This document shows, one piece after another, positions 49,161 through 57,618 of a DNA stretch of 64,000 nt (positions are counted from its first letter, which is position 1; the number at the start of each line of letters is the position of its first letter). The notes under the pieces were generated by a model. It searched no databases and had not been told where the DNA came from. It saw only the letters and a program-made list of their open reading frames with translations. The stretch covers positions 1-64,000 of IMG/VR virus record IMGVR_UViG_3300020175_000005. One strand, 5' to 3'. This stretch comes from a virus. The position numbers and the translations under genes were made by a program.

Positions 49161-50033
49161 TCAATATATTTTTTTTGTATTGTACCTAGCTTGTAAATCA
49201 AAGATAATACTGTAACGGGTATCTAAATTTGGATCTGGGTTGTGTGTCATGCCATGTGTAGTAACTTTCCAGCCGCTTCGTTCTGCATGCTCGCCGAACA
49301 TCCACAGCATCTGGTTGTTTTCCAAACCATCCATTGTTTCCCATTTCTCAGTTTTTGTATTTTTTGCATGAAACTCCACATAATTTTCTCCTAGATGTAA
49401 ACCAGCCAATGTCTCGTCACAATGCTCGTCACCAAAACGTTCAGTATTGTGAGCTCTGTGTTCTGATCTATTTGCATCATTGGCTGTAGGAGTACTGTAC
49501 TCAATAATCATTAGTTTATGCAATACACGTCCCCAATCGGGCTTTTGTTCACTATAGCATTCGTCGGTATAATATTCAAGAATTGGTTTAAAATCCGTAT
49601 GCATGTTTACAAAATACTGCAATTCTTCAGGTGCCGTTTCATTTAACTTGTCCGCAGTCCAATCAAAGATATACACTTTGCGGCGCTGGACATAGTCATC
49701 AGCATCGCCAATATCACCATGCCAGTCAGTTGGTCCCACCATCGTGTCTATATCATAACCGTACACAGGTCCCTGATGCCAGTGAGAAAAACTTTTATCA
49801 GGAATGTTTTCATCCTTCCAATTCTCAACTACTGGAGATTCATCATTCTCAATATTATTGATTTCAAAAAATACATCTGTATTCATCTTCTTCATTAGAC
49901 GTTCAGCCATCGCAAACCGATCTTTATACTTGGTTGCCAATAGTTGACTATCCACAATAGGCCACTCTCCAGTTTCCTGCATTGACCTCAATTCTTCATT
50001 TTGAAATACTTTTTCATTCATATTGTTTTGCAT
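49161..50033 (-). CDS. 2OG-Fe(II) oxygenase-like protein
   Basis: HCD, distal HG, RYSIIF. Confidence 0.7.
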   Translation of the reverse strand: MQNNMNEKVFQNEELRSMQETGEWPIVDSQLLATKYKDRFAMAERLMKKMNTDVFFEINNIENDESPVVENWKDENIPDKSFSHWHQGPVYGYDIDTMVGPTDWHGDIGDADDYVQRRKVYIFDWTADKLNETAPEELQYFVNMHTDFKPILEYYTDECYSEQKPDWGRVLHKLMIIEYSTPTANDANRSEHRAHNTERFGDEHCDETLAGLHLGENYVEFHAKNTKTEKWETMDGLENNQMLWMFGEHAERSGWKVTTHGMTHNPDPNLDTRYSIIFDLQARYNTKKIY

Positions 50034-50343
50034 ACTTTGCTTTTACCTTTCCAGCTTTCGTAAAGAATTCTTTTCTTACACTTTGTAAACTGCCTCCAAC
50101 CCGTCCGGGATATTCACCGAGATATGTTCCTGCGCTTAAATCATCTTTACTGATATAATGCTTATGAAAATGTTCAATATCATCCCATACAGCTAGCATC
50201 GTTTTTCCCATCTCATCAAAGAATCCATCACTTAATATAGCATCATCTTCTTTATAATAGGCATATGACGCCATGAGGTACCATGGGACCATCATATTTA
50301 TATTTTTTCTAAAAAGAGATGCAGCATGGTTATCAAGATTCAT
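50014..50343 (-). CDS. small protein resembling the NAD-ligase (LigA) N-terminal Ia helix-hairpin
   Basis: SYAYY..DDAILSD..FD motif; start MNLDNH. Confidence 0.6.
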   Translation of the reverse strand: MNLDNHAASLFRKNINMMVPWYLMASYAYYKEDDAILSDGFFDEMGKTMLAVWDDIEHFHKHYISKDDLSAGTYLGEYPGRVGGSLQSVRKEFFTKAGKVKAKYAKQYE

Positions 50344-50497
50344 CAGTAAATCCTTTTTTAACATGCTTGGGCCTACGCTTGTATTCATTTGCAGACTTAA
50401 TAGATTTTTCTCGAAACGGACCGCCGGGATCTCTTACCTGCTGTGCCAACCAATTACGTTGCTTGGGCGCTTGGGGACGTTTCACTTTCTTGGACAT
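50333..50497 (-). CDS. basic 54-aa protein, ArfA-like
   Basis: Manual translation ...RNWLAQQVRDPGGPFREKSIKSANEYKRRPKH...; AAGGA RBS. Confidence 0.6.
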   Translation of the reverse strand: MSKKVKRPQAPKQRNWLAQQVRDPGGPFREKSIKSANEYKRRPKHVKKGFTDES

Positions 50498-50509
50498 TGT
50501 AAATATCCT

Positions 50510-50743
50510 TCACCTTACTTCCATACCAGTGAAGCCGGTTTGAGTCCACCCACGTGCCTTGGCATGTGCATCAACAATATCTTTATATTCAGCTGATTCC
50601 CACATTCCAACTTTAATTGCCCATGCTTTCATGTCAAGTTGAATCATAATAGATTGCTCACCTTGTGTTGGTTGAGCATAGATGCGTTCAGCTTCACACT
50701 CTACCATGTTCCACTTTGCATTTTCATTTTCAAATTTAGACAT
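50510..50743 (-). CDS. hypothetical early protein
   Basis: AGGAG RBS. Confidence 0.7.
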   Translation of the reverse strand: MSKFENENAKWNMVECEAERIYAQPTQGEQSIMIQLDMKAWAIKVGMWESAEYKDIVDAHAKARGWTQTGFTGMEVR

Positions 50744-50756
50744 TGTAGTCTCCTGA

Positions 50757-50990
50757 TTATACTTCTATTGTCGAATGAAAGTAGTTAGATTCAGCAATAC
50801 CGTAACGGTACACAGGATCATTTACAGTTTCAAGCAAGTCTGCTCTATATCGCTTGCTCATTTTAGTTAGTGCAGTTTTAGCTGCTGGCATTGTCTTGTA
50901 AGACTTAGTAGCATCTGGACGTACTAAGCCTGTACGCTGATTCATTTTACCCATGATAAAAGTGCTTGAACGTTCATAGATATAATACAT
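50757..50990 (-). CDS. hypothetical early protein
   Basis: YKT..AAK.ALTK motif; TAATG coupling. Confidence 0.65.
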   Translation of the reverse strand: MYYIYERSSTFIMGKMNQRTGLVRPDATKSYKTMPAAKTALTKMSKRYRADLLETVNDPVYRYGIAESNYFHSTIEV

Positions 50991-51364
50991 TACGCTGCTT
51001 CCAGTTCGTTTGCTGCACAAACATAAGCTCGGTTGTACTGTCCAATTTCAATGTCCGTGTAGTGCGAACGATGAAAGTAATCAGACATTGCGTCATCATT
51101 GTTGAAGTACTTGGGACCTTTCATAGCGTCCAGCAGTTCGTTAAGGAAGTCACGTGCTACACCATTGTAGTGTGTGTCGATCCAGTATACGTTTACATCT
51201 TCGTAACCGTCACGGATATCAAAGTCAATAACACCGCTCTTAACTTTAACAACCAAGGTGCTGTGGTTGCGAATAGCAATAGTAGCTTTCATGTTGTACT
51301 TTTTAAGCACGGCTTTGATAGCTGGAGCAAGTTCTTTTTTATCTGCTTGGGATACGTATGCCAT
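50990..51364 (-). CDS. conserved phage early protein
   Basis: MAYVSQ..KK.LAP.IKAVLKKY...DAMSDYF...Y..I.IG. Confidence 0.8.
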   Translation of the reverse strand: MAYVSQADKKELAPAIKAVLKKYNMKATIAIRNHSTLVVKVKSGVIDFDIRDGYEDVNVYWIDTHYNGVARDFLNELLDAMKGPKYFNNDDAMSDYFHRSHYTDIEIGQYNRAYVCAANELEAA

Positions 51365-51400
51365 TTTGTGCGTCCTTTGTTTTGCTTAACTTATACATAT

Positions 51401-51473
51401 AATATAACACCAAGACGTCTTGATGTCAAGAGAAAAGTGAACAAAGGTTATTAATGATTACAATAGGTTATAA
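51401..51473 (-). promoter_or_regulatory. early promoter cassette
   Basis: TTGACA-17-TATATT, palindrome CAAGACGTCTTG (51411-51422), upstream ATAACCTATTG. Confidence 0.8.
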
Positions 51474-51479
51474 AATAAT

Positions 51480-51977
51480 TTAAATTTTATTTCTGCTGTC
51501 AATTACTTCAAATGTGGGAGTAATTATATCCTGTGATTTGATGTCTGTAAAGATGCCGTGCTTGCACACATACTTTCCACTGAATGTGGGAGACCATAAT
51601 CCAACAGTGAGAGTTTCTGGAATTCTTAGTGAAAAGTTTACTGGTATATTTTTGCCAGGATACATGCTGGCAGAGGGCGCCTTTACCAAATGCCGTGGAG
51701 TTAATACGATCATATCGCCATTTTCTGTATTGGTAAGATACACTTTGAAATCTATCAAGTTACACATTACTGGTCTATCAAGTGTTCCTGAAGTTTCTAA
51801 CACAGTGTCGGTGGCGAGATCTACTGGAGTCACAACATAACCGGTAAAGTTTTCCAATGGACTTGCATATTGTAGTTTCATAAAGGTGTGAAACATAATC
51901 GTGATAAATGTAATCATGGCAACTGTGATTAGTGCCAAAAGTATATTCACTCCATGTATGCTAAAGATTGCTTTCAT
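51480..51977 (-). CDS. membrane-anchored hypothetical protein
   Basis: N-terminal TM; TAAATA just upstream. Confidence 0.7.
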   Translation of the reverse strand: MKAIFSIHGVNILLALITVAMITFITIMFHTFMKLQYASPLENFTGYVVTPVDLATDTVLETSGTLDRPVMCNLIDFKVYLTNTENGDMIVLTPRHLVKAPSASMYPGKNIPVNFSLRIPETLTVGLWSPTFSGKYVCKHGIFTDIKSQDIITPTFEVIDSRNKI

Positions 51978-51989
51978 ATATGTATTTAG

Positions 51990-52379
51990 TTAATCCCAAT
52001 GATTTTTTTCCGTTAACTGACGTTGGAATTCTGCCATAATACTACGCCAATAATCTGTAGAGTATCGCAAACTCCAACCTCCAATGTTTACTACTACAAA
52101 GTCAGCTGAAACACGTTCTGGGCGAGGACCGCTTCTGCTACGATAAATCCAATACTTGCCATCACGTGTGTGTAAACCTTGTACGCCTTCGCCATCAGGA
52201 CCATGTTCCCAATTGTCAGCAATATGTTGAAATTGTTCAATTGACATTTGACGACTAAAGTTTACATAGTCAGTAACACGGAAACTGATTTTTACCGTGC
52301 TTTCGTCTTTAAAAACATAAATCTTCAGCGGCTCGCTCATTCGCCATACATTATTTTCGTCTAAATTTGGATGTGTCAT
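51990..52379 (-). CDS. hypothetical protein
   Basis: ATGA coupling. Confidence 0.7.
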   Translation of the reverse strand: MTHPNLDENNVWRMSEPLKIYVFKDESTVKISFRVTDYVNFSRQMSIEQFQHIADNWEHGPDGEGVQGLHTRDGKYWIYRSRSGPRPERVSADFVVVNIGGWSLRYSTDYWRSIMAEFQRQLTEKNHWD

Positions 52380-52639
52380 TCGATTGATTTTCTTTTCTCT
52401 TTTATGGCTTCTTCAATATCCATTATTTGTTCATTTTCAATTAATCTAATAATTGTTTCTGTTACGCCAATTTCGTGTTGTAACATTCCCATCTTATCCA
52501 TTAGCTTTTGTAATTCAGTTGTATAAAACTCAAGTTCTTTTCTTTTCCGGGATCTCTGATCATATATGTCGGTAATGTCAATTATTAGCCTGGGAGACTT
52601 TAATTCATCGCCACCACTATTGTGTCCTATTAAACTCAT
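52376..52639 (-). CDS. hypothetical coiled-coil protein
   Basis: GGAG RBS before MSLIGHNS; R.RKRKELEFY. Confidence 0.7.
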   Translation of the reverse strand: MSLIGHNSGGDELKSPRLIIDITDIYDQRSRKRKELEFYTTELQKLMDKMGMLQHEIGVTETIIRLIENEQIMDIEEAIKEKRKSIE

Positions 52640-52660
52640 TTTAAACTCCATTTTTAAAAG

Positions 52661-52735
52661 AAGCAGGTTGTGCTGTCCGCTGACGCTATTCCTCTCGGGG
52701 GTTCAAGACCCGGGCCAATTAATGCCAACCCGCTT
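52661..52735 (-). ncRNA. candidate small structured RNA or 5' leader
   Basis: 10-bp closing stem AAGCGGGTTG/CAACCTGCTT, internal hairpins, begins 5 nt after TAAATA. Confidence 0.5.
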
Positions 52736-52749
52736 GTGGTTATTTATTA

Positions 52750-53514
52750 TCAGATAGTTTCCACAAAAGCTCGCTCTTGAACAAAATGACCGGGTGATCT
52801 CATTGTACCATGTTCCCAACCAGCAGCTTCTAGCATGTCACGAATTTCATTGTTAAAGGCAGGCCCGCCACAAATCATTATTCTGTCTCTGCTTTTGTCG
52901 AAGAATTCTTGGTCAATTCCCAGGTCACGGAACACGCTACCGTCGGCGATGTTGTCCGTAATTCTTCCAGTGAATCTACCCTCTCCAGGTTCTTCTCTAG
53001 TGACGGTTTGATACACTCGAGCTCCGTGTGCTTCAATTTCTTCCCGGAACACGAGCTCATCGTTAGTACGACAAGTGTGAGTAACGATAACTTCTTCATA
53101 ATATTCATATACCTCTGGATGTCTTGCTAGACTTAAGAAAGGTGCTAGTCCTGTACCTGTGCTAACCATCCAAAGTCTACCATTTTCATTAATACATGGC
53201 TCTGGATCAAGATTACGAAGCAACAATGTACCGATAGCACGATGACTCACTTCTACAATATCTCCAACTTTAATGTGTTGTAGTTTACTTGTTAGTGGAC
53301 CGTCTTGTACTTTGATACTAAAGAACTCTAAGAATTCGTCATCTGGAGAATTAGCAATTGAGTATGCACGTGTTACATCCGCATCCGGTATACCAATCAT
53401 AGTAAACTCGCCAGGCTGGAAGTTTTTCTTTTCCCACTCTGGGCCTTTTGTGGTTTTAAACCAAAACAAATCATCTGTGAAATGTTTAATCTCTAATACT
53501 GTTTCTTCGTTCAT
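52750..53514 (-). CDS. fpr: ferredoxin/flavodoxin-NADP+ reductase
   Basis: GEFTMIG, RAYSIA, GPLTS.LQ, GTGLAPFLS, MICG, ERAFV. Confidence 0.92.
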   Translation of the reverse strand: MNEETVLEIKHFTDDLFWFKTTKGPEWEKKNFQPGEFTMIGIPDADVTRAYSIANSPDDEFLEFFSIKVQDGPLTSKLQHIKVGDIVEVSHRAIGTLLLRNLDPEPCINENGRLWMVSTGTGLAPFLSLARHPEVYEYYEEVIVTHTCRTNDELVFREEIEAHGARVYQTVTREEPGEGRFTGRITDNIADGSVFRDLGIDQEFFDKSRDRIMICGGPAFNNEIRDMLEAAGWEHGTMRSPGHFVQERAFVETI

Positions 53515-54281
53515 TATACTTCCTTATAGAATTGTATGTTTATCCCACTCTTTAGCCAACGATAATTTGGCTTGCTTCTGCGTGTGCAACTGGCATGTAT
53601 CTGACAAGCATCAAAAAGCATCACATCACCAGGCGTGTATGTAAAAACTTTTTCTATGCTCAAGCCTCTTAAATTACCAGAAGGTATTTGTGGAAATAAA
53701 AACTCAGTTTCTCTTTTATATTCTTTCTGCATGTCTGCTATTTTACCATCAATAGTAGTACATTCAGGATATTCTCTTGCAACAGTATAGTCGCTGTTGC
53801 CTTGCTCACTTTTATGCAATCTGTCCAAAGTAACACTGTAACCAATGTGTCTCTGATCAAAAAAGGCAGTTTGTGCGTCACTCCAATTGGTAATCATAAG
53901 TGGTATCACACAGCTCTTGTATGGTATGATATTGTTAGTCCACTCCTCGTTGCATTCACGCTCACTCAATAAGTCAACATGAGCATCATGTAACTGTGTG
54001 GTTATGTAAAAGTTTCCGCTGTGATTGTCGCTAAATTCACCTATTTCTTTCTGAAACTTTTCTTTTAGGACTGGCATGTGTTCAAAAAGTTTGTTGACAT
54101 CACATACTGGTTGCATATTGTTGCTGCTAGGTGCCCACTTTAGACGATCAGCTAACTGAAATTGTAACAAACTTAATTGTTCAATTTCGTCAGGGGTAAA
54201 CATATTGTTGACCAGCCTAGCAGGCTCATAATTGTCAACAATGGTCCGTTGATGTTTTTTGCAATTTTCTATATATGTCAT
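53514..54281 (-). CDS. 2OG-Fe(II) oxygenase-like protein
   Basis: HVD, VIPL, GD..LFD..QIH.S, distal K. Confidence 0.7.
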   Translation of the reverse strand: MTYIENCKKHQRTIVDNYEPARLVNNMFTPDEIEQLSLLQFQLADRLKWAPSSNNMQPVCDVNKLFEHMPVLKEKFQKEIGEFSDNHSGNFYITTQLHDAHVDLLSERECNEEWTNNIIPYKSCVIPLMITNWSDAQTAFFDQRHIGYSVTLDRLHKSEQGNSDYTVAREYPECTTIDGKIADMQKEYKRETEFLFPQIPSGNLRGLSIEKVFTYTPGDVMLFDACQIHASCTRRSKPNYRWLKSGINIQFYKEV

Positions 54282-54979
54282 TTTAAATATGTAAAAACAC
54301 TAAGTCCTAATTTTTTACTAATACCGTTTTTATTAAAATTGGCGCCGCAGTGTATTCTTGCTGTATCAAATACAATAATATCGCCTGGCTTCCAGGTAAC
54401 AATATTTTCCACACTCAATCCATGAAATGCATCATAATGCTGGTGTGAAAAATATTCAGTGTGCGTCTCTCGACAAAATTCCTTACCAGTATTATACTTT
54501 AACAAACTGTTATCTGTCAAGTCTTGATTGTAATATACACTGGGAGATTGGTGACCAGGTCTGCGTATTTTTACAGGACCATTAAGGTAACACTGATCAA
54601 AAACTCCAAATTGTGTGGGCTCTATAATATCTAGAGGTATTACAACTGTTTTGTGTAATCTAGGCCATAGTCGCTTATTATCATCATTGTGCAATATATG
54701 TGGCTTTCTGACTTCATAAAAATTACCAGCAAATGTCCCATGTGGCCCTATAAGGTCAGTAATAAGACGATCAACATCAAACCACCAACCAGGTAATACG
54801 TCAGTTCTCTCTGGCCAAAAATCCACTGTTACTGGTCCAGTATTCTTGTAATTCTTTTCACTATTCTGGAAGGCGTGAATTAGCCTTTCCAGCAAGCGTT
54901 CACTTACTACATTTTCATGAACCACAGTCGGTTCAAGTCTGGATAATATTTCTCTTTTTTCTGATACTGTTCTTGTCAT
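54278..54979 (-). CDS. 2OG-Fe(II) oxygenase-like protein (paralog of the adjacent gene)
   Basis: HND, VIPL, WKPGDIIVFD..RIHC, K.GLS. Confidence 0.7.
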   Translation of the reverse strand: MTRTVSEKREILSRLEPTVVHENVVSERLLERLIHAFQNSEKNYKNTGPVTVDFWPERTDVLPGWWFDVDRLITDLIGPHGTFAGNFYEVRKPHILHNDDNKRLWPRLHKTVVIPLDIIEPTQFGVFDQCYLNGPVKIRRPGHQSPSVYYNQDLTDNSLLKYNTGKEFCRETHTEYFSHQHYDAFHGLSVENIVTWKPGDIIVFDTARIHCGANFNKNGISKKLGLSVFTYLK

Positions 54980-55029
54980 AATGATAAATAGCTTTATATA
55001 CATACTTATTTATACTAGGAGAAAAATTC

Positions 55030-56382
55030 ATGGAAAAATTTATAGGTACTGAAACCCCATCTGAATTCATTAAACATAACTTGGTAGTAGGAATTCTTGC
55101 CAACAATCGTATCAAAGACCAAATAGCTGACGGATACTTGAAAAACCTAACTGAATTTTATACTCAGGAATTTTTCCTAGGAGGACTAACAGTAATATAC
55201 GGAGAAAATCCAGAAGACTTGATGGCTCAAACAAGCGAATTAGGAAAATCACATCTAGTTGCATTAAAGGTCGGTAATATCACTACATCTTTCCTAGACA
55301 CTCTCATTAACTTTTTTGAAAGGTTTTATGATGATGAAGTTTTAATTGGTCACATCTTAGACAGGGGAGATAGCTATTATGAGATACACCCGCAATTCTT
55401 CCTAATAGATATTAAATGGTGGGAAAGTGTTGGAAAACCAATGTTTGGTATTCGTAGACACAACACTGAGTGGGAAGCTACTATTCCCGAAAGAAGCAAT
55501 GACAATTGGCATGACGATTACACTCCTAAATGGATTAAAAATGGATCAACAAAAAGAACATATACCTCCAAAGAGTATGGCTGGAACATTATATCTCTTG
55601 CATTAGATAGTGGCAAAAAAGTAGGGGTATGGCAAAAGTATATGCGCGACAGTAAAAAATATCTTTATCCCGAAGTCGAAGAAGCATATGCAGGAAACAT
55701 TAATGAAGTTCTTAGATTGTTAGATACATCAAAGTTTTTTTGCTCAAATACCGAAGACATTCATGTTAGTGGAAACATTGTTGCAGATACAGTAATATGT
55801 ACCGCAGGTGGACCATCGCCAATTCTACATGCGTTTGCTTATAACATGAAATCTGGAGGAAACTTAGTAGTAGTAGATGTTAGTGAGCTTGCATTAAATA
55901 TTATGCAAGATATGTTTGCTACATGGGATGGCAGAGATTACCATAGTTGGCTAGAAGAATATAGAAAAAACTCTTCAGCAATTCGTGGTCGTATGATAGC
56001 ATTTGAAAGAGTGGAAAAGCAAAGTAAATGGATGGACGAAATTCCAGGTTTTGAAGAGTGGTATAATGAAGTTTGGCCGCATATCAATAAACAGTTCATT
56101 AAACAAAGTATTTTAGATGTTGACCAATTCACAAAACGCATTGATAGTTTTTTCCAACCTGATAATATAGTAGTAGTGCATACCAGTAATATTTTCCATT
56201 ATTTGCCAACTTCATTGTTTTACAACTATAATATAAGATGGCATTTGTTTTGGAAACTAAAAAATTATGTAACGAGAAAACAAGCTACTGTTGAAGGTCT
56301 AAAAGTTATTCAGAGAATACTGTTTAATGATCATCATAGAAAGATAATGGAGATTTTACCATGGTACAAGAAGATAGACTAG
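55030..56382 (+). CDS. hypothetical modification-cluster protein
   Basis: GHILDR..YYEIHPQF, HDDYTP.W; 450-aa ORF with AGGAG RBS. Confidence 0.75.
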   Translation: MEKFIGTETPSEFIKHNLVVGILANNRIKDQIADGYLKNLTEFYTQEFFLGGLTVIYGENPEDLMAQTSELGKSHLVALKVGNITTSFLDTLINFFERFYDDEVLIGHILDRGDSYYEIHPQFFLIDIKWWESVGKPMFGIRRHNTEWEATIPERSNDNWHDDYTPKWIKNGSTKRTYTSKEYGWNIISLALDSGKKVGVWQKYMRDSKKYLYPEVEEAYAGNINEVLRLLDTSKFFCSNTEDIHVSGNIVADTVICTAGGPSPILHAFAYNMKSGGNLVVVDVSELALNIMQDMFATWDGRDYHSWLEEYRKNSSAIRGRMIAFERVEKQSKWMDEIPGFEEWYNEVWPHINKQFIKQSILDVDQFTKRIDSFFQPDNIVVVHTSNIFHYLPTSLFYNYNIRWHLFWKLKNYVTRKQATVEGLKVIQRILFNDHHRKIMEILPWYKKID

Positions 56383-57110
56383 CAAAAGTTTTAGATTTCA
56401 TACAAGAATGCAAGCAACATAAACACTACGCATATATTGAGTCGCCGCCAGAAGCGTATAGTTATTGGAAAGAAATAAGACAAACACGACAGTTATATTT
56501 TAAATGGATCATGAAACACAGTAATTGTCCCAGTTTACGTTTGAGCATTGATATACCACACCGAGAAATACTAGCAGAAGCAGAAAATGCAAACGAATAC
56601 TTCGTAAAGCATCGTGGAAATAATCATCCTGGCTGGGAGAGTATGACATTGCATGGCCAAGGAATACATTATACCGACAACATAAAACAATATCCAGATG
56701 CGCCACAAGAATATAATTGGACTGAATTAACAAAATATTGTCCTATAACAACTGAGTGGTTCAAAGATGTGTGGCCTAATTCAGGCAATATGCAACGTGT
56801 TAGATTTATGATGCTGCGTCCTGGAGGTTGGATTACACCACATCAAGATTTAGATCGTCGAGAAATTAGTGCATTTAATATCGCTCTCAGCAATCCAGAA
56901 GGATGTGAATTTGCAATGGAAGATGCAAATATTATTCCTTGGAAACCAGGAGATGTTAGAGGGATTGATGTTGGGAGAAAGCACTGCGTATACAACGGAA
57001 GCAATCAGGATCGCATACATATGATTGTTCATGACAACTGGAGTCCAAACAAATATGACCTCGTTTGTCAAGCATATGATGACTTGTTAATAGAGAATAA
57101 CACTTTGTAA
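56361..57110 (+). CDS. aspartyl/asparaginyl beta-hydroxylase-like 2OG-Fe(II) oxygenase
   Basis: RVRFMML.PGG.I.PHQD, H.VYN.SN.DRIHMI. Confidence 0.85.
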   Translation: MVQEDRLAKVLDFIQECKQHKHYAYIESPPEAYSYWKEIRQTRQLYFKWIMKHSNCPSLRLSIDIPHREILAEAENANEYFVKHRGNNHPGWESMTLHGQGIHYTDNIKQYPDAPQEYNWTELTKYCPITTEWFKDVWPNSGNMQRVRFMMLRPGGWITPHQDLDRREISAFNIALSNPEGCEFAMEDANIIPWKPGDVRGIDVGRKHCVYNGSNQDRIHMIVHDNWSPNKYDLVCQAYDDLLIENNTL

Positions 57111-57111
57111 T

Positions 57112-57612
57112 GTGCGACTATTCTGTTGCTAGGTCAGTCGCCAACCCCCACGTGCTTAAATTAAGCCGCTAATGCCATTTCTGGCGCTTTATTTGCGTTT
57201 GCAATTAAAAAGTTTGTTCGCGGTAACGGCGCTTACATCCCGGTAACTCCACTCTTCTATCCTGCCTGTCGATCCTATTTCGACCCCATCATAAACACAC
57301 TATTCAAACCAAAGTAGGAAATCCATACTTCCTGTAATATTATATAATACGATTAGTATCATACAAAACCACAGTAGCCAAAATAACCAAAAGCCTAAAA
57401 ATCTGTACACCTTTTCCATAGGCAAATACTTTTCTAGAAGTGTAGTGATATCCCACACATATCTAAATTGTAGGAACCAACAAAACCATCTTACGTATTT
57501 GTTAGGTGTATTTTCTTTTGTTATCTTAGTCATTATTCCCTAATGTGTTTATGGTGGAGTCGCTGGGTACCGCCCCCAGGTCCAGTTCAGTCGTCAAATT
57601 GCTTCAACGTTA
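57112..57612 (-). ncRNA. ssrA: two-piece (circularly permuted) tmRNA
   Basis: Acceptor piece ...GGACCTGGGGGCGGTACCCAGCGACTCCACCA (CCA 57552-57554) precedes the coding piece GGGGTCGAAATAGGATCGAC (5' end 57287); G3-U70 pair; tag ANANKAPEMALAA* (57161-57202). Confidence 0.95.
57300..57533 (-). CDS. Trp-rich membrane protein inside the tmRNA intervening segment
   Basis: 77-aa ORF, AGGGA RBS, hydrophobic C-terminal half; stop codon lies in the closing stem. Confidence 0.65.
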   Translation of the reverse strand: MTKITKENTPNKYVRWFCWFLQFRYVWDITTLLEKYLPMEKVYRFLGFWLFWLLWFCMILIVLYNITGSMDFLLWFE

Positions 57613-57618
57613 CAATAC

